From Trichinella spiralis (Eukaryota), in assembly GCF_000181795.1 (NCBI RefSeq), contig NW_003526943.1, forward strand, positions 1,180,487-1,244,486: a stretch of 64,000 nucleotides of DNA, written 5' to 3'. The position numbers and the translations under genes are program-made. Within the stretch, counting starts at the first letter, position 1. Each line of letters starts with the position of its first letter. The notes beneath the pieces are model-generated. The model did not search any database, was not told the origin of the DNA, and saw nothing but the letters and a program-made list of their open reading frames with translations. Of this stretch, positions 51,001 through 64,000 are shown piece after piece.

Positions 51001-54000
51001 TAAATTAAGCACATCTTCCAAATTTGAAAAAAGTAATGAAGCAAATTCAAATGAAATTACGTTAAAATTCAATAGCTGTTTGTAGAACAACCGATATAAT
51101 ATCTTCAAGTTTCTAACGTGAGTTTGTTCAGTATGAAATAACTCTGAAACAACACAAATGTACAATTGGCCTGCCCAATTGCAATGCTAGTAAATTACCA
51201 TATATGACTTCGAGACGATTTTTCTCTCGTTTGTCTAAATATTGGAAACTTTCCAAATCAAGCAAATCTTCCAAAAGTGGAATTTCGTTTTCAACTTTAA
51301 AATCACTGTCCAGTTCAATATGAATATCATGAAGAGTGTTGGAGAAAGAGACGGATGAAGTCAGAGGAGAGTCAAGCTCACTGATCATTGGACTACGCTC
51401 ACGTGAAACATCCTGAACACTCACAGTGGTGCTGCTTTCGGTAGTAGAAATCCTAGTTAAGCTTTCCGTTTTATCAGCATCACTTAAAAATATTCGCATA
51501 TTTTTTTCATAAAATAACCAACACACCAATAAAATAACGAACCTATGGCTTCGCCTACTGGTATCACTACTTCGACGTCTGGCACCTCTGTAAGATTCTT
51601 CCTAAATGCACATTCATATGATAAAGTTTTGTATGCTGAAACGAATAACGTAACGGTAATGAGCTCAATAAAATTCTCCAAATTGCTAGTAATTAGTAAG
51701 TAAATAGTAATAATTAGTTAGTAGAATAAAACGATTACTTGATCAAAAACCAATGTTCAGTATGAATAAATTATTAAAAATCAAATCATTATATAGCATA
51801 CAACACACCTACCTCAATGTTCATGCTCTGTGAGCGACTAAGATTGTGAACGTGGGCAGATTGCTTTGACACTGCTGCATTAGTGACGCCTGATTTATCA
51901 AAATTGCGTGTTAAGTTCTTCTCTGACGACCCGTCACCTTCACCAGAATTCTCTTTCAATAGAATACTGGCATCTGTTCTTGCCGTACACTAAATGATAA
52001 TTTTCAAGAAAAATTTTATCTTCAAATCCATGATAAACTTGAATTTAAACAACTTACAACTTTGCCTTCTTCGATTGACTGCTCGATATTGTCCATTGAA
52101 GATTCAACATTTTTCCGTCCAACAATTTTTTTCAAAATCAAAGGTCGCCTAAGATTCATAGAACCGAAGCAAGATTCCGCGAGGTTTTCAACACAACTCT
52201 TGTGCAACACAACTCCGCATTCTGAAAAAACCAAAAATTATCCCAAATAATATATCACATAATATACTTCTTCAACATAGAAATTTTAATCTTTTCATTC
52301 ATTTTCAAAATCGTTCAAATAAATATTTCATTATTCAACACAGTTTAACTTATACATAACTTATTACATAATTAATAATTGTTAAGATAATGGAATAAAA
52401 AAATTTTTTTACTTAATATTAAAATAAAACAAAAAAACGCCATACTTCCACAAAACAGACTGATCGCTCCAATTCCCCAAATCAGCTTCTGACACTGATA
52501 GCAGAACGTGGTCTGCAGTACAGGAGCAATGTTGAAACAGTGAGCTTTAATTTGGAGAGCCTAGAAAAAGAAATATTTCTGGATAAAAGTTTCCAATTGA
52601 TTTATCAATGAATTGTTAACATGAATTGTCATTCCCAAACAATCACTCCCATTTGAAAAAATTATCATGTCGCTGTACGTTGCTTATAAATAAAAAAAAT
52701 TAAAAATTTTCCAACAGACTTCTTCCATTTATAGCGGATAGTTCGATTTAGATAATGAACTGAAAGAAGTTGTGATAAAGTCATTGTTTGATTTATTTTA
52801 TAAAAATAAGCTGACTACAATATAAAGCAGAAGCAGTTCACGCTGCTTTCAAATATTCTTTTGTAAATTAAAATATTATTAATTACAACGATCAATATTA
52901 CATTGTTCTAGACATGTTATAATTAAATGCACAGCAGATATAACAGGAACATCGGCGAAATAATAAATCGACACGTATTGTTTGATGCTATTTGAAAGCT
53001 TTTCAAAAAATTTTCTATATGAAATTTTTATGTATAGATAATTCCATTTAAGAATAGCAAGAGAAAGAATTACATTTGAAATACCCAAATTTATTGCTGC
53101 CATCTACATATATGTAATGGTAATAAAACGCAGCAAGCTGATGAAATTGATAAAAAATAACAGTAAATAAGTTTATGATTAATTTCATTTTTCGATGCAA
53201 CAATAGAGAAATCACCTCGCGAGTAAACTAACTGTTGGAATTGTATATTGCTATGATCGCATGAAAAATTGTTGATTGCATTATTTTCACAAGATCTAAC
53301 TGTCGGTGGTAAAATTGAAAAAAGAAAAATCAATAAATGAAAATTACCTTAAATAAAATTTCTTCAAACTCAACAGATTTTGAGCAAAAGACTACTGCTA
53401 AGTGATAAAAAGAAACAAGTAATAAATAAATATACAAAGGGGAATGAAACAGAAAATGGAAAAAAAATAAGCAAATAAAAGCTGAAATTGAAGAGTAAAA
53501 AAGTTGAATTAAAATTCAAAGCAAACGCGCAATGCTGTGAAGAGAAAAGACGACGATGATGACGATGTTGCAAGAGGAAAAGAGAAATACTTTTTTCCTA
53601 GAGCAGAAGCAGTAGTTATATATATATATATATATATATTAACTTTTAAACATTTCAAACAAAAAAATTCGTTAATCTTTTTTTAAAATTATTGTGAGTA
53701 TTATTATTCAAGCAGTTTTTGATTATTTTTTGAAATGTACACACACTTTTTAATAAAATCATCCATCATTTGAACTGAACAAAAATTATGCAACTAAAAA
53801 ATTGCTAGTTTTTATTTTCGAAATAAAATTGCACATCCGTATATATTTCAGAATTGGTTTTGTCAAAATTGGAAAACTTACACGCCTGCTCGCTTTGGGC
53901 AAAAGCGGCCTGGCAAACCGCTGCTTCTCTTTAGCAATATAAGTTGGACATCGTTCCAACAATTTTTCCATAGCTGCGTTGCGACACTTGACGTTATTAT

Positions 54001-57000
54001 GCTTGTACAATGTAGCCAAAGTGGCCACGATAACCTGAATAAAATGAATAAACTTTAAATTTTAATGAATAATCAAAAAAAGAAAAGAAAACAAGCTACT
54101 ACTTGAATTCTTTTCGGCAATTGATCAAAATCTGCAGCTTCTTCAAAAAATGCGATCAAATGCGGCGCAATCAAGGCGTCAAATATTTTCCTCTCGTGTG
54201 CAGAGTCGCCAGCTTGCAAACGTTGGAGCATAGATTCTCCGAAAACGTTTCCCAAGCCTGAAAAGACGAAGAATAATTTGGCCGTTGGAATTGAAGCTTA
54301 AAAGCCAAATGAAAGCACAGCAGCAACAACAACAACAGCAACAATACCAACCCAGAATTCGTTTGCTTCTGAAATCGGCCAGCTGTTCATTTATAGCTTG
54401 CACGGCCAAGCCTCTGGCAGTGGAAAACAGCCTTCGCCATTGGGCAGCATCTGCATGCTTGTTTGGATCGTTCAACACCGCATCCACCGATTCCCAACTG
54501 CTGCTGTCAGTGAAACTGACCCTACAAGGCTGAAAAACAATAATTTTGAAAAAAAATTATTTATTCATATCAATGTTTATGATAATTTTTGTTTTAAATT
54601 AGATTTTTTTGAAATATTTACTGAATAAGGAAGAAGAAATGAAGAATGAATTTCATACGCCCACTTCTTCGATTCTTTACCAATATACAGAGCAAAGATG
54701 TCGGTTAACAAATAAAACAACTAAATTATTATATGCAAAATGAAATTTAAGAAAAAGAAAAGAATAATATTTCGCTTTATCACCAAATATGATGGATCAC
54801 TGTTGGAGAGCAAATAGTGGAGAAAAACTGCCAAATGGCCCAGATGGGTCTTGAGCATTGGTAATTTTGAAAATGGCTCGTCAAAACTAGACGAATTCAA
54901 TTCCACCGCTGCTGAATCACATTCGTTGCTCATTGAAAGCGTGTGAACAAGCAGAGGTGATTCAGGCGGAACCTCTGAAACTGGCATCTGATGATCTCGG
55001 ATCTCATCAGTATTGCCAGATTTTGTAAGAAGCCTCTCATCATCAGTCGAAGATGAAGCCACAACATCATCACTGTGACATTTCGATGATTTCATTGTCA
55101 AAGAACTCGACAAATCATCACTGTGAGATCGAAAACCACTGTTAGAAAGTGAAATGTTTTCCTACAAAAAAAACAGAAATTCAATTAACAGTAAAATCAA
55201 CAGTTGAAAGTAATATTTTATATTCACACATATTTTTTTACAACACTGTTTAGCAAGATTTTTCAAAAAAGATTGCATAGTTTCAGCTGTTTTTTTTGAC
55301 AATTATACTATTTGTCACGTCACATTCAATGAGGCAAAAACAATAAAAACAGAGAAACAAATAGATAAAGAAATATTCAAAACAACCCTTTCTAAAATGC
55401 GTTTCTACTCATAAAAATCCCTATAGGCAATAGAGAAGAATATATATGTATGTATTGAGAATATTACTTCGTCAAAATATGTGAGAAAAAGAAAAAAAAT
55501 CACAACTACAAAAATTGATCAAATTTTTGTAAAACAATTCTACCTGCTCGAAATCCAATTTCTCCACCTCGTTCAGTTGATCTTCTAAATTATGGATTCT
55601 TTTAGTCATTTTTTCAATTATCCGCTGATCAGCGTCCGCATGCGCATCACTTCCTTTAAGCATCACCTAAAAAGTGAATGAAAAAATCAAAAATTCAATT
55701 AGATTAAATTTTCTGCATAAGTAAGTGAAGCGTTTAAATTTGCAATTTTCTCTTTTCCCATTTTTCCCAAATCAGCTTTACAATACCTGAAGCTGACGTT
55801 TCTCCTCTGCCAATATTTGTTGAATAATTTCTTTTCGCTTCAAATGCCATTCTGATTGCTTCTTTTTCTTAAATAATAAATAAAAATATCAAAAAATTCA
55901 ATAGAATATTTTGCAATTCAAATAGAAAACAATACAATTATTATTAACTGCGCTGTAATTTTTCACACAATATTTAAATTTACATATATACAATAATGAT
56001 ACATTTCTTACATTTAAATTATGGAGAAAAGAATTGGAAATTTGTTTGCTTGTTTTTTCAGATGCAAATATAATAAATTAAAAATTTTGAACAACATTTC
56101 CAAGATTTGATGTTGTATTTGAATTGAACAGTTGAAATATTTTCCAAACTGATTGCATGCGATGATCGAATGTGAATGGATCAAGTGAGGGAGTGTTCAA
56201 CTGCTGCTTATTGCTGCTACTGGATCTACGATTCAGTGTGCTTGTGGGTGTGTGTCTGCGTCTGTGTGTTGTGCTCAATTTGAAATATGCTTAACGAGGA
56301 AAGAAACTTTTATGCAGTCTCATTGCTGCAATAAAATTTTGTACATCCTGTTTTCAGCGAAAGCAAAATAACTTTGCGGAAAATCTTCAACAGAAACGCA
56401 AAGAAATAAATAAAGCTTAATTAAATTCTTGAACAGCTCACATCCTAGTTGAAAAGTATCGATTTATCGATCTTATTAATTGTCAACTTTGCACATCTGG
56501 TCTGACCATTCAAATGAAAATTCCTTTAAAATTAAAAATAAAATTTTATTAAATTATTAATTTAAAAAAATTAAAAAATCCCTTTCAAGAAAAAAGTGTT
56601 CTATTTTTCAATTAAAAATAAATTCATTTATAACTAAAATGTGAAAGCGAAATACAAAAAAAAGTACAATGTAGCATCATATTCTGTGTAATGAATTCAA
56701 ACAACATGTGAACAGTTTGCAATAATTCCAAGTTTCGAGTGTTCAAATTTTCGTTAACCAATGAAAATTATGTATTAATTATTATATCTACAACTGAAAT
56801 TTTAACATAAAAAAGAAAAAAAATACAATTTTGTTAAAATCCATTTTTCCTTTAGACAATTGTAAAAATCTATCAACTATAATAATAGTAATAATATCCT
56901 TTTAAAATGCAGATTAATTGAATAAAAATTTCAACGCACTTTAAAAATAAGAATTCAGAATTAGAGCAAAAAACAGCACGTTTAAGAAAAATCTCTTCCA

Positions 57001-60000
57001 CTAACAACTTTATGATCATCAACTGAAATTTTTGAAAATTCAATTGGTATGCAGTGAAATGTGTTTATTTAACAATGCAAAGAGAAATCAATAAAGCACT
57101 TATTGAAAACGGAATAAAAATTTCTCAGCAAAAGTTATGCTAAATCAAAAGAACGTGATGGCATGAAATTGTTAAAAAAAATTAACTTCAAAATGTAAAA
57201 TTATCAAAGCATCAGTAATAAACGGATCAATTTCACCCAAACATAACATTATCATTCAACTTACGACAACGATAAATAAGATGATCATCAATCATATTTT
57301 ATAATTAAGATATTTCAAAATTTGTGTAATAAAAAACCATCCAGTTCATTTTGTTCGACAAAACAGAAAAAAGTTTTTTTTTATTTCGCAAACCAATTGT
57401 CATAAGAAAGCAGTATTCAAAAGCTGAACGATTCCTAACTAACTACTTCAATTATTTCCAATGTCTTTTGCACGTTTTCAATTAAACAAAACATTACATT
57501 TAAATGCACAATATTTCAAATCATAAATAATAAACATGCTGTACGATGAATTTTCAAATAGCTTGTACAAAAATGATTCTTACCATACAGTGAAAATGCA
57601 TATGAATAAATTATTATGATTATTATATTGTTTTTGCTTTTTATTTAAACTAAACATTAAAAAGAGAATATTATTTATTATTTTACCGAATTAGGTCTGA
57701 TTGCATTTTCAGTGGAACGGCGTTCCAAACAACGATCACGCTTTTCGTAGTGATCATTTCCCATTGAAGAAGCTGCGGACGACGATGAAGGGCCACCAGA
57801 CAATGTCAACGTAGTGTAAGGAGCTACTGAAATATTTACACATAAACAAAAATATTACATCCCAGGTTAATGCAGTACCGCTGATCAGTTTCACTACTTC
57901 TAAATGATCCAAAGAAGTGACAGTAACGCCATTCACTTTAATTATGCATTCACCAACGTGCACTCCAGCTTTCGCAGCTGCACTTCCTGAAATTATAATA
58001 TTTTCAAAATATACAAAAATATATAATTTCACACAATTATCACAAATTTGCTCATATTCATCTGTTTCATTTTCCATTTATTGAAAAGCTCAAAAAAAAA
58101 CAAACAACTAATAGCCACTCCCTATATATGCATGCATGTATGTTGTTCTTATTTATTTATACGCACAAAACTTGACCTTGAAAAATAAAGAAATAAATGT
58201 CAAATTAATATTTATATGAATAATTTATTATCTATTTCAAGTATAAATTAGATAGATACAAAGCTCAGGTGCGTGGAAGAACACCAAGCTGATGAAACTG
58301 TGCGCACAGCTAATGCGCAATCTGCTTGCTACAGCACCGACCAATTTACAAGTATACGTCAGTCAATCAAAATCCGATGCTTTCTCCAAGAAGCGGACTA
58401 ATTTTAAAAATGCACATTTTAAACAGCAGCATCGTCCGTTTTGTTCGTTTTTTTCGACTTTTCAGTCCGTGATTTAAAAATTAAGCGCTTTATGTTTTCA
58501 AGAAGCAGCTAGCACTAAAATCTGATCAACCAAGTGCAATTTTGCCAGTCAACCATATTAAACTGAACAAGCAAAATTGAATTATAAAAATTTTCTACAT
58601 TTATGGAATAAAATTCATCACTTGTGCAATGCAATTCAAAAACAACTTTAAGCAATAACGATAATTAAAATAATAAACAATTCCAAATGAACGATCATCA
58701 ATTAAGTAGTAAATAGATTTGCCAGTTGATAAGAAAACAGTGCATTTCGATTAAACGGCACTTTTGAGAAGATGTGCCAAAAAAGATTTGAAATTTTCCC
58801 ATTATCAATCAGCTAATCAAATATTCATAATTAATTATAAACATATTTCGCTTAAAAATTTCATCATTTGAAAAATAAGTTACAAATAATAAAAATTATG
58901 CAAAATTTGTTACTGAGAGCATTTGCATATTAATCATTGTAGCTTTAATAAAATATTTAAAAAATGTAAAACATTACATTATGAAAAAAAGTTAATGCAA
59001 ATTAAAATGACATGATATAATCGACGTAGAGATGTGCAATGCCTATTCTCTCTGATCGTTTAATTTACCATATAATTCGTCAGTCTAATAAAAAAATCTG
59101 TGTAATAAATTTCAATTTAAAAAAGTATACATTTATTATTTAAAATTATATAATTAACAAATTCGACGGCATCATATTGTATAACGTAAGCTGTACTACT
59201 TACTGCTGATGCTTATTTGCTGTCCGCATATGCAGTGCTTATTAATGACGAGCATTTCGTTGGCTAGCTTTTTTGAAAATTTTATCATGGAATTTAAGAT
59301 GCTTAAAAAACCAACTCTCCACTAGATGAGAGCAGTTGAACATGTGGAACTTGACGTTTCAGAATTGACAGTGAAAAATCATTTCTAAAGAATGCTCAAA
59401 GATTTATTTTCAACAAACATCCTCCAACACCTCTGGCAAAACAATGTACTAAAAAACTATTTTCTAATTACTATTTTTTTAATTTTGCAAACTATAAAAC
59501 AAAAGTGATATATTCAAACCGGAAGTGAAATTTTTCGAAATGTTCAACTTTGAAATTTTATCTTTAATCTTTGAAATTCTTTTTTTTTTCATTCAAATTA
59601 TATTACAAATTTACTCCTCGAAATCAAAAATCACATTCCAAATTTCAGACAGTCTACTTACTTTTATAGTATTATTAACTGATCATCCATTCAAATAGAG
59701 TTTTTTTCATTGAAAATAAACAAATACAACTTTTTCAAATTTTAGTTCACAATTATCAAATTAAATTATACAATTATGAATTAATATACTTCATGACAAA
59801 ATTAAATATAAAAAATATGAAATAATTAATAATAGAAAATGTGATTGTTGAATGGCTAATTTTGATTATGTTGAAATTCTTAGTAACAGCGACGTCAATT
59901 TCAGCAAAATTTCCAACAATTAAAAGTGAACAACTGAAAAAAACAGCTTCTAATTGTATTTAATAATTTCAAGCTTCAATAATACAAATCATATTTTCTA

Positions 60001-60150
60001 ATATGATTCTGCAAATAAATAAATTACCTTCTCTGACAGACTGAACGAAGACTGGATTATTGCCGCATACAGTAAGACCATAACCATTTTCATCTCTTTT
60101 GATCAGCACATTGCGTTCTTCAGCAAAATGTTCACCATGAAAATGCATAC
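48078..60150 (-). CDS. rhgf-1: RGS-RhoGEF (PDZ-RGS-C1-DH-PH; RhoGEF2/ARHGEF11-12-like); 5'-most exon(s) not identified
   Basis: PDZ: IKRDENGYGLTVCGNNPVFVQSVREG-SAAAKAGVHVGECIIKVNG. RGS-like: HLGHLAVFLHYLLSNSDP and INEQLADFRSKRILG. C1: HCF...CYQCQKLIWGI...C..C...LHKSC. DH: ELFHTEQTHVRNLKIL and MQRLTKYPLLLE. PH: LIHEGPLIWRL and HVVLLDEILLLL. Stop inferred at 48078. Confidence 0.93.
53618..53639. repeat. (TA)n microsatellite in a RhoGEF intron
   Basis: About 11 TA units read directly. Confidence 0.85.
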
Positions 60151-63100
60151 CTTAAATGATTGAAAATAAAATTTCTTCCCTTTTGTTTTTTTTACAAATT
60201 TTACATAAATTCTTTTAATAAACAACTGTTTTCGTTCGAATTATTTTAAAATTGCAAATCATTTCCATCATAAATGAACTGATGAATTATTAAGATAAAA
60301 AAATAGTAAAAGAAAACCAAGAAAGCAATTATTAATGCTTCGAACAATTAATATTTGGAAAGAAGCAGGTAAGTTGACCAACGTGAAGCAAAAAGCTGAC
60401 AAGGAACAAAGCGCAAAGTGTAGATATAAAGTTTGACATGCTATTTTTGCATTTTTGAAATATGAAAAAAAATCGATAAAAAAAGTTTTAAAATAAACGC
60501 ACAGGCTTAATTGCAATCACGTTCAAATGAAACGTTTGAAAACACAGTCCTGAGAAATTCAATGGCTATATGCATGTAGTAAGGATGCTGCTGCATCACA
60601 AGCCGAACAACAACAACCTAGCTGATGCTTTTCAGCGTCATTTGAAAAGTGAAGAAACTTGCATATCAAAATAAATTTCAGTAGCTTAATAATAATGATA
60701 ATAATAATAAATGATAAGTTGGAAAAACAAAAAAGAAAGTACAAGCGAATTTAATTTGTACAAAGAATTGTTATCTATAAAATAATTCGAATCATTTGAT
60801 TACTCCGTAAACATATATACTGAGTAAATGGAATGGAAATTGTACAAATTGATCAAACGAAACATAAATTAATATATATATGAATGTACAAGATATGCAA
60901 AGTTGGAAAATTTAAAGTTTCTTATTGTTCTGCTTTGGAAAATATTTGTAAAAGTAAAAATGTAAATACAAAGAGTAAAGCATAAATTTGAACAAATGTT
61001 CGATTGACAAATTGATCAGGGGTTCAATCAAAGGAGACGTTATCCCAACATCTCGTTGCTTGATTATCCGAACAATTTGACAAACAGCCAAAGGAAACAA
61101 TCTTCAACAAGCTGCCGAAGATGCAAAATTAAAGTGGATGATGATGATGAATTGATTTTAATCAAAATCTAAGTTGCATCAATGAGAAAGTAACAACAGT
61201 TGAGTGAGAAAGTGAAAATCGAATGAAATAATTTTATTTCCATTTCTCGACTCAGTTCAGCAATAAAATTGAATAAAATCAAACAAAACTGTCAACATTA
61301 TTAATAATAATTGAAAATGGCTTCTTTTAATAGCTTTCAAAACTAAATTAACACTCAAAACATAAATATATTTATACAGCTTGAAAATATTGGAAAAAAT
61401 TAATCCAAATTTTAAAATAATTTAACTTTAAATGATTAAAAAATCACAAATTTAATTGTAAATAAGTGCTTTTTTTAAGTTTAATTTGAATATATTTACT
61501 CCGAGTGTCTAAAGGTAATAATTTGAATCATTATTCAATTAAAAAAATAAATATTCCAAGATGGAAACGAGCACTTGCCAAAACAATTTCAAACCCTCTC
61601 TCAGAAGTTTGATATTATTTCTATCGATGATGCTCATGATGGTTTTCTTTCATTGGAGCAAAATTTCACTCAGAATCATCAGAATTTCAAAAATTGCACA
61701 AATTACCACGCATTAGGGGAAAAAAATTCTTTTTTTTTGTTTATATATTATGAAATATGCACTGAACGCGCGATTTAATGAAATTCGACGTAAAATAACA
61801 AACAATAAATGGATGACTGACTAATCGATACAGAATCAGTTGGAAATATTTCAACGAATATTGAAATGTTCAAATTTGACAATCAACCGAATCAGCCGAG
61901 AGCAACGTTGTTGTGCTTTGAGTGACAAACAATAAATAATGGAATAAACAATTTGCATTTTAAAACACTTCAAAACGCGCACATTTCAAAAGCAATATAT
62001 CATTTGTCAACGACGAGACGAAAAACGACAAACAATGAATTTCTTATTTTCATGAAAATATTGTCCACTTGAGAATTGCACTTTATCAATGATAAGTCGC
62101 ATAAAACTGCAATTCAAATTTACAATTTACATGCATACATACGTGTACAACAAAAACAACAAGCGAATTGATTCGTGGTGAAATTAAAGTCGGTTTTTTT
62201 GTTTCAAAAGAAAATATTTATTTCAAAAAAATAATAAAATTCTTTGTCTTCTAAAAATAATTTGATTAACAACAATTTTATTGGTGATATTTTGAACAGA
62301 CGGTTGTTGAGCAGTGCTTTGATTACCTTGAATTGTCATAATCAAACGATGAAAAATGACGACAATTTACGAGACAGTTGAATTGAAGACGGAAATAAAT
62401 TTTCATTTTCCTAAAGACATAAAATTCATGACCAGTTTTCAAAAAACAAAAGAAATGAATGTTGATTTTTGAAAAATTTCACCAGTATAAAAATAATGAA
62501 GTGTTCGAATTCATAATAAAAATTATTTCAAAAATTAATAATACATTTCAAATAGGTCAGAGTGAACATCAAAAAACATGCCAAGCGTTCGAATACAGTA
62601 ACTTTGAAATGTGGAACAATTCCGATACTGGAGATGTGTAACTAAGATTTCACGTTTACTGTTTTGAAATAAAAAATTACAGTGCACTGTACAATTAACG
62701 GTAATAAAGATCAAATAAAAAATTGCTTGAATACATAATGAAATTAATTTTAAAAATATTCATTATCACAAGGATGTTTACAACAACAAAAAGAAGAAGA
62801 AGAAGAAGAAAGTTTGCACAATGTGCAACAGAGCTATTGAATAAAATTGCAAATAATTTCATTAAAACTAGATTTTACCGTGCGCACTGAGAGCAAATTT
62901 TTCTTATTGTAACGTTGAGACGAGTTTGAAAAAGTGGAAAAGCTTTATTCCCACGTTATAGAATTCGTTGTTGAAGAATAATTTGTTAATTTGTCGAAAA
63001 AGAAAAATATAATATATTGTTTTAAATGTAAATTATTCAGTATTAAATTTTATGATGTTTTCAAAAATAAATTATTTTTAACATTTCATTTCGTTCAATT

Positions 63101-64000
63101 TGAGGTGAAATCCAAGAAAAATGATGACGTCGAGTGTGAGAGAATAGAAGCTGAAATTGAATAAAAACGTCAAGAAGCATCGCAGAGGTCAATTGGAGTA
63201 GAAGAAGAAGAAAAAAAGGCAAAATTTCCACATCAGTTTCATCTTTTGAAAAAGTGATCAAATGATAAATGCGTGATTTAATTTCGGCCGGAAAAATGCA
63301 ATAAAGCCAGAGCAGCAGCAGCAGAAAAACAAGGAAAAATGTAAAAAAATGGGAAAATGGAAAATTCAATTATCTAATTCATCCGCCGGGACCGTTTGGG
63401 GCCAGCGTGAACCGTCTCCTCAAATCAAACCACCGATTCCTAATAGCAAATTGATTACTGAAAATGACCTGTCAATTTCTAGCACAATTCTAAAGCTGCA
63501 TTTGATTGAATAAACTTTTTGCTAATTTCATTTTCAATATTTGTTAACATGTTAGAAAAAAAAACTTTTTTTAAAATTGAAAAAAAACAACAAGAAATAA
63601 TGATATGAAAAAAAATACATAAATATAAATATCATACTTTTGACAAGTTGCATATAATGAATGATAATATGAATAATAATAAGGTACGTTCCTTGAAAAC
63701 TATGAGTAATGTAGTGCTGTTTCGTTATTTTTTTACGGTATAATTTTCAACGGTTTTAATATCAATGAAGAATAGACAATGCTGTTGTTTGTTGTTGATC
63801 TAATTATATAATGCGATCACCGTTTGGTACCATTTTCATTGGAGCATCTTTAACCAACTTGGAAGAAAACTAGTATCTGCATCTGATAGCATACGTAACT
63901 TCAACGTGTCAACTGAGACACAGATTTTACCGTAAGATAATGCTTCAGTGACACTTTCCTGTAAAACTCTTTCTTTAACACAAGTGCAAACATTGCTCTC

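Noticed and set aside
54285..54533. Poly-Q ORF on + (and poly-C run on -)
   Set aside because: Produced by a (CAA/CAG)n tract inside a RhoGEF intron; the rest is antisense to a RhoGEF exon.
63061..63960. Hydrophobic 102-aa ORF and a possible first RhoGEF exon (MKMVPN|G) near 63820
   Set aside because: The ORF reflects A-rich composition. The exon has a compatible phase but no homology support.
1..64000. CRISPR arrays, tRNA, rRNA or prokaryotic/viral inserts
   Set aside because: None seen by eye; all recognisable genes are intron-containing eukaryotic genes or DNA transposon remnants.

Overview
AT-rich eukaryotic genomic DNA with many short (about 45-60 nt) GT-AG introns. The gene set and style suggest a nematode, probably a clade I, Trichinella-like species (inferred, not confirmed). 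From left to right: a SPD-2/CEP192-like gene (-, runs off the left edge), Sec6/EXOC3 (+) and SRRM2/Cwc21 (+). An accessory island follows, with a repeat fragment at an assembly gap, a decayed pogo/Tigger element, and three tandem, intact, secreted trypsin-fold genes whose catalytic triad is replaced in the same way (H>Y, D>N, S>E/D), with a decayed piggyBac between the first two. After about 8 kb without recognisable genes come rabphilin (+), a TMEM177-like gene (-), an unexplained hairpin-rich ~650-bp segment that may be a structured ncRNA, coq-8 (-), a divergent ubiquitin-like/RPS27a fusion (-) and a PDZ-RGS-C1-DH-PH RhoGEF (-). The two strongest leads are the pseudo-protease cluster and the candidate structured RNA at about 42460-43105. 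Gene coordinates span first to last coding base including introns; exon boundaries were placed by hand.
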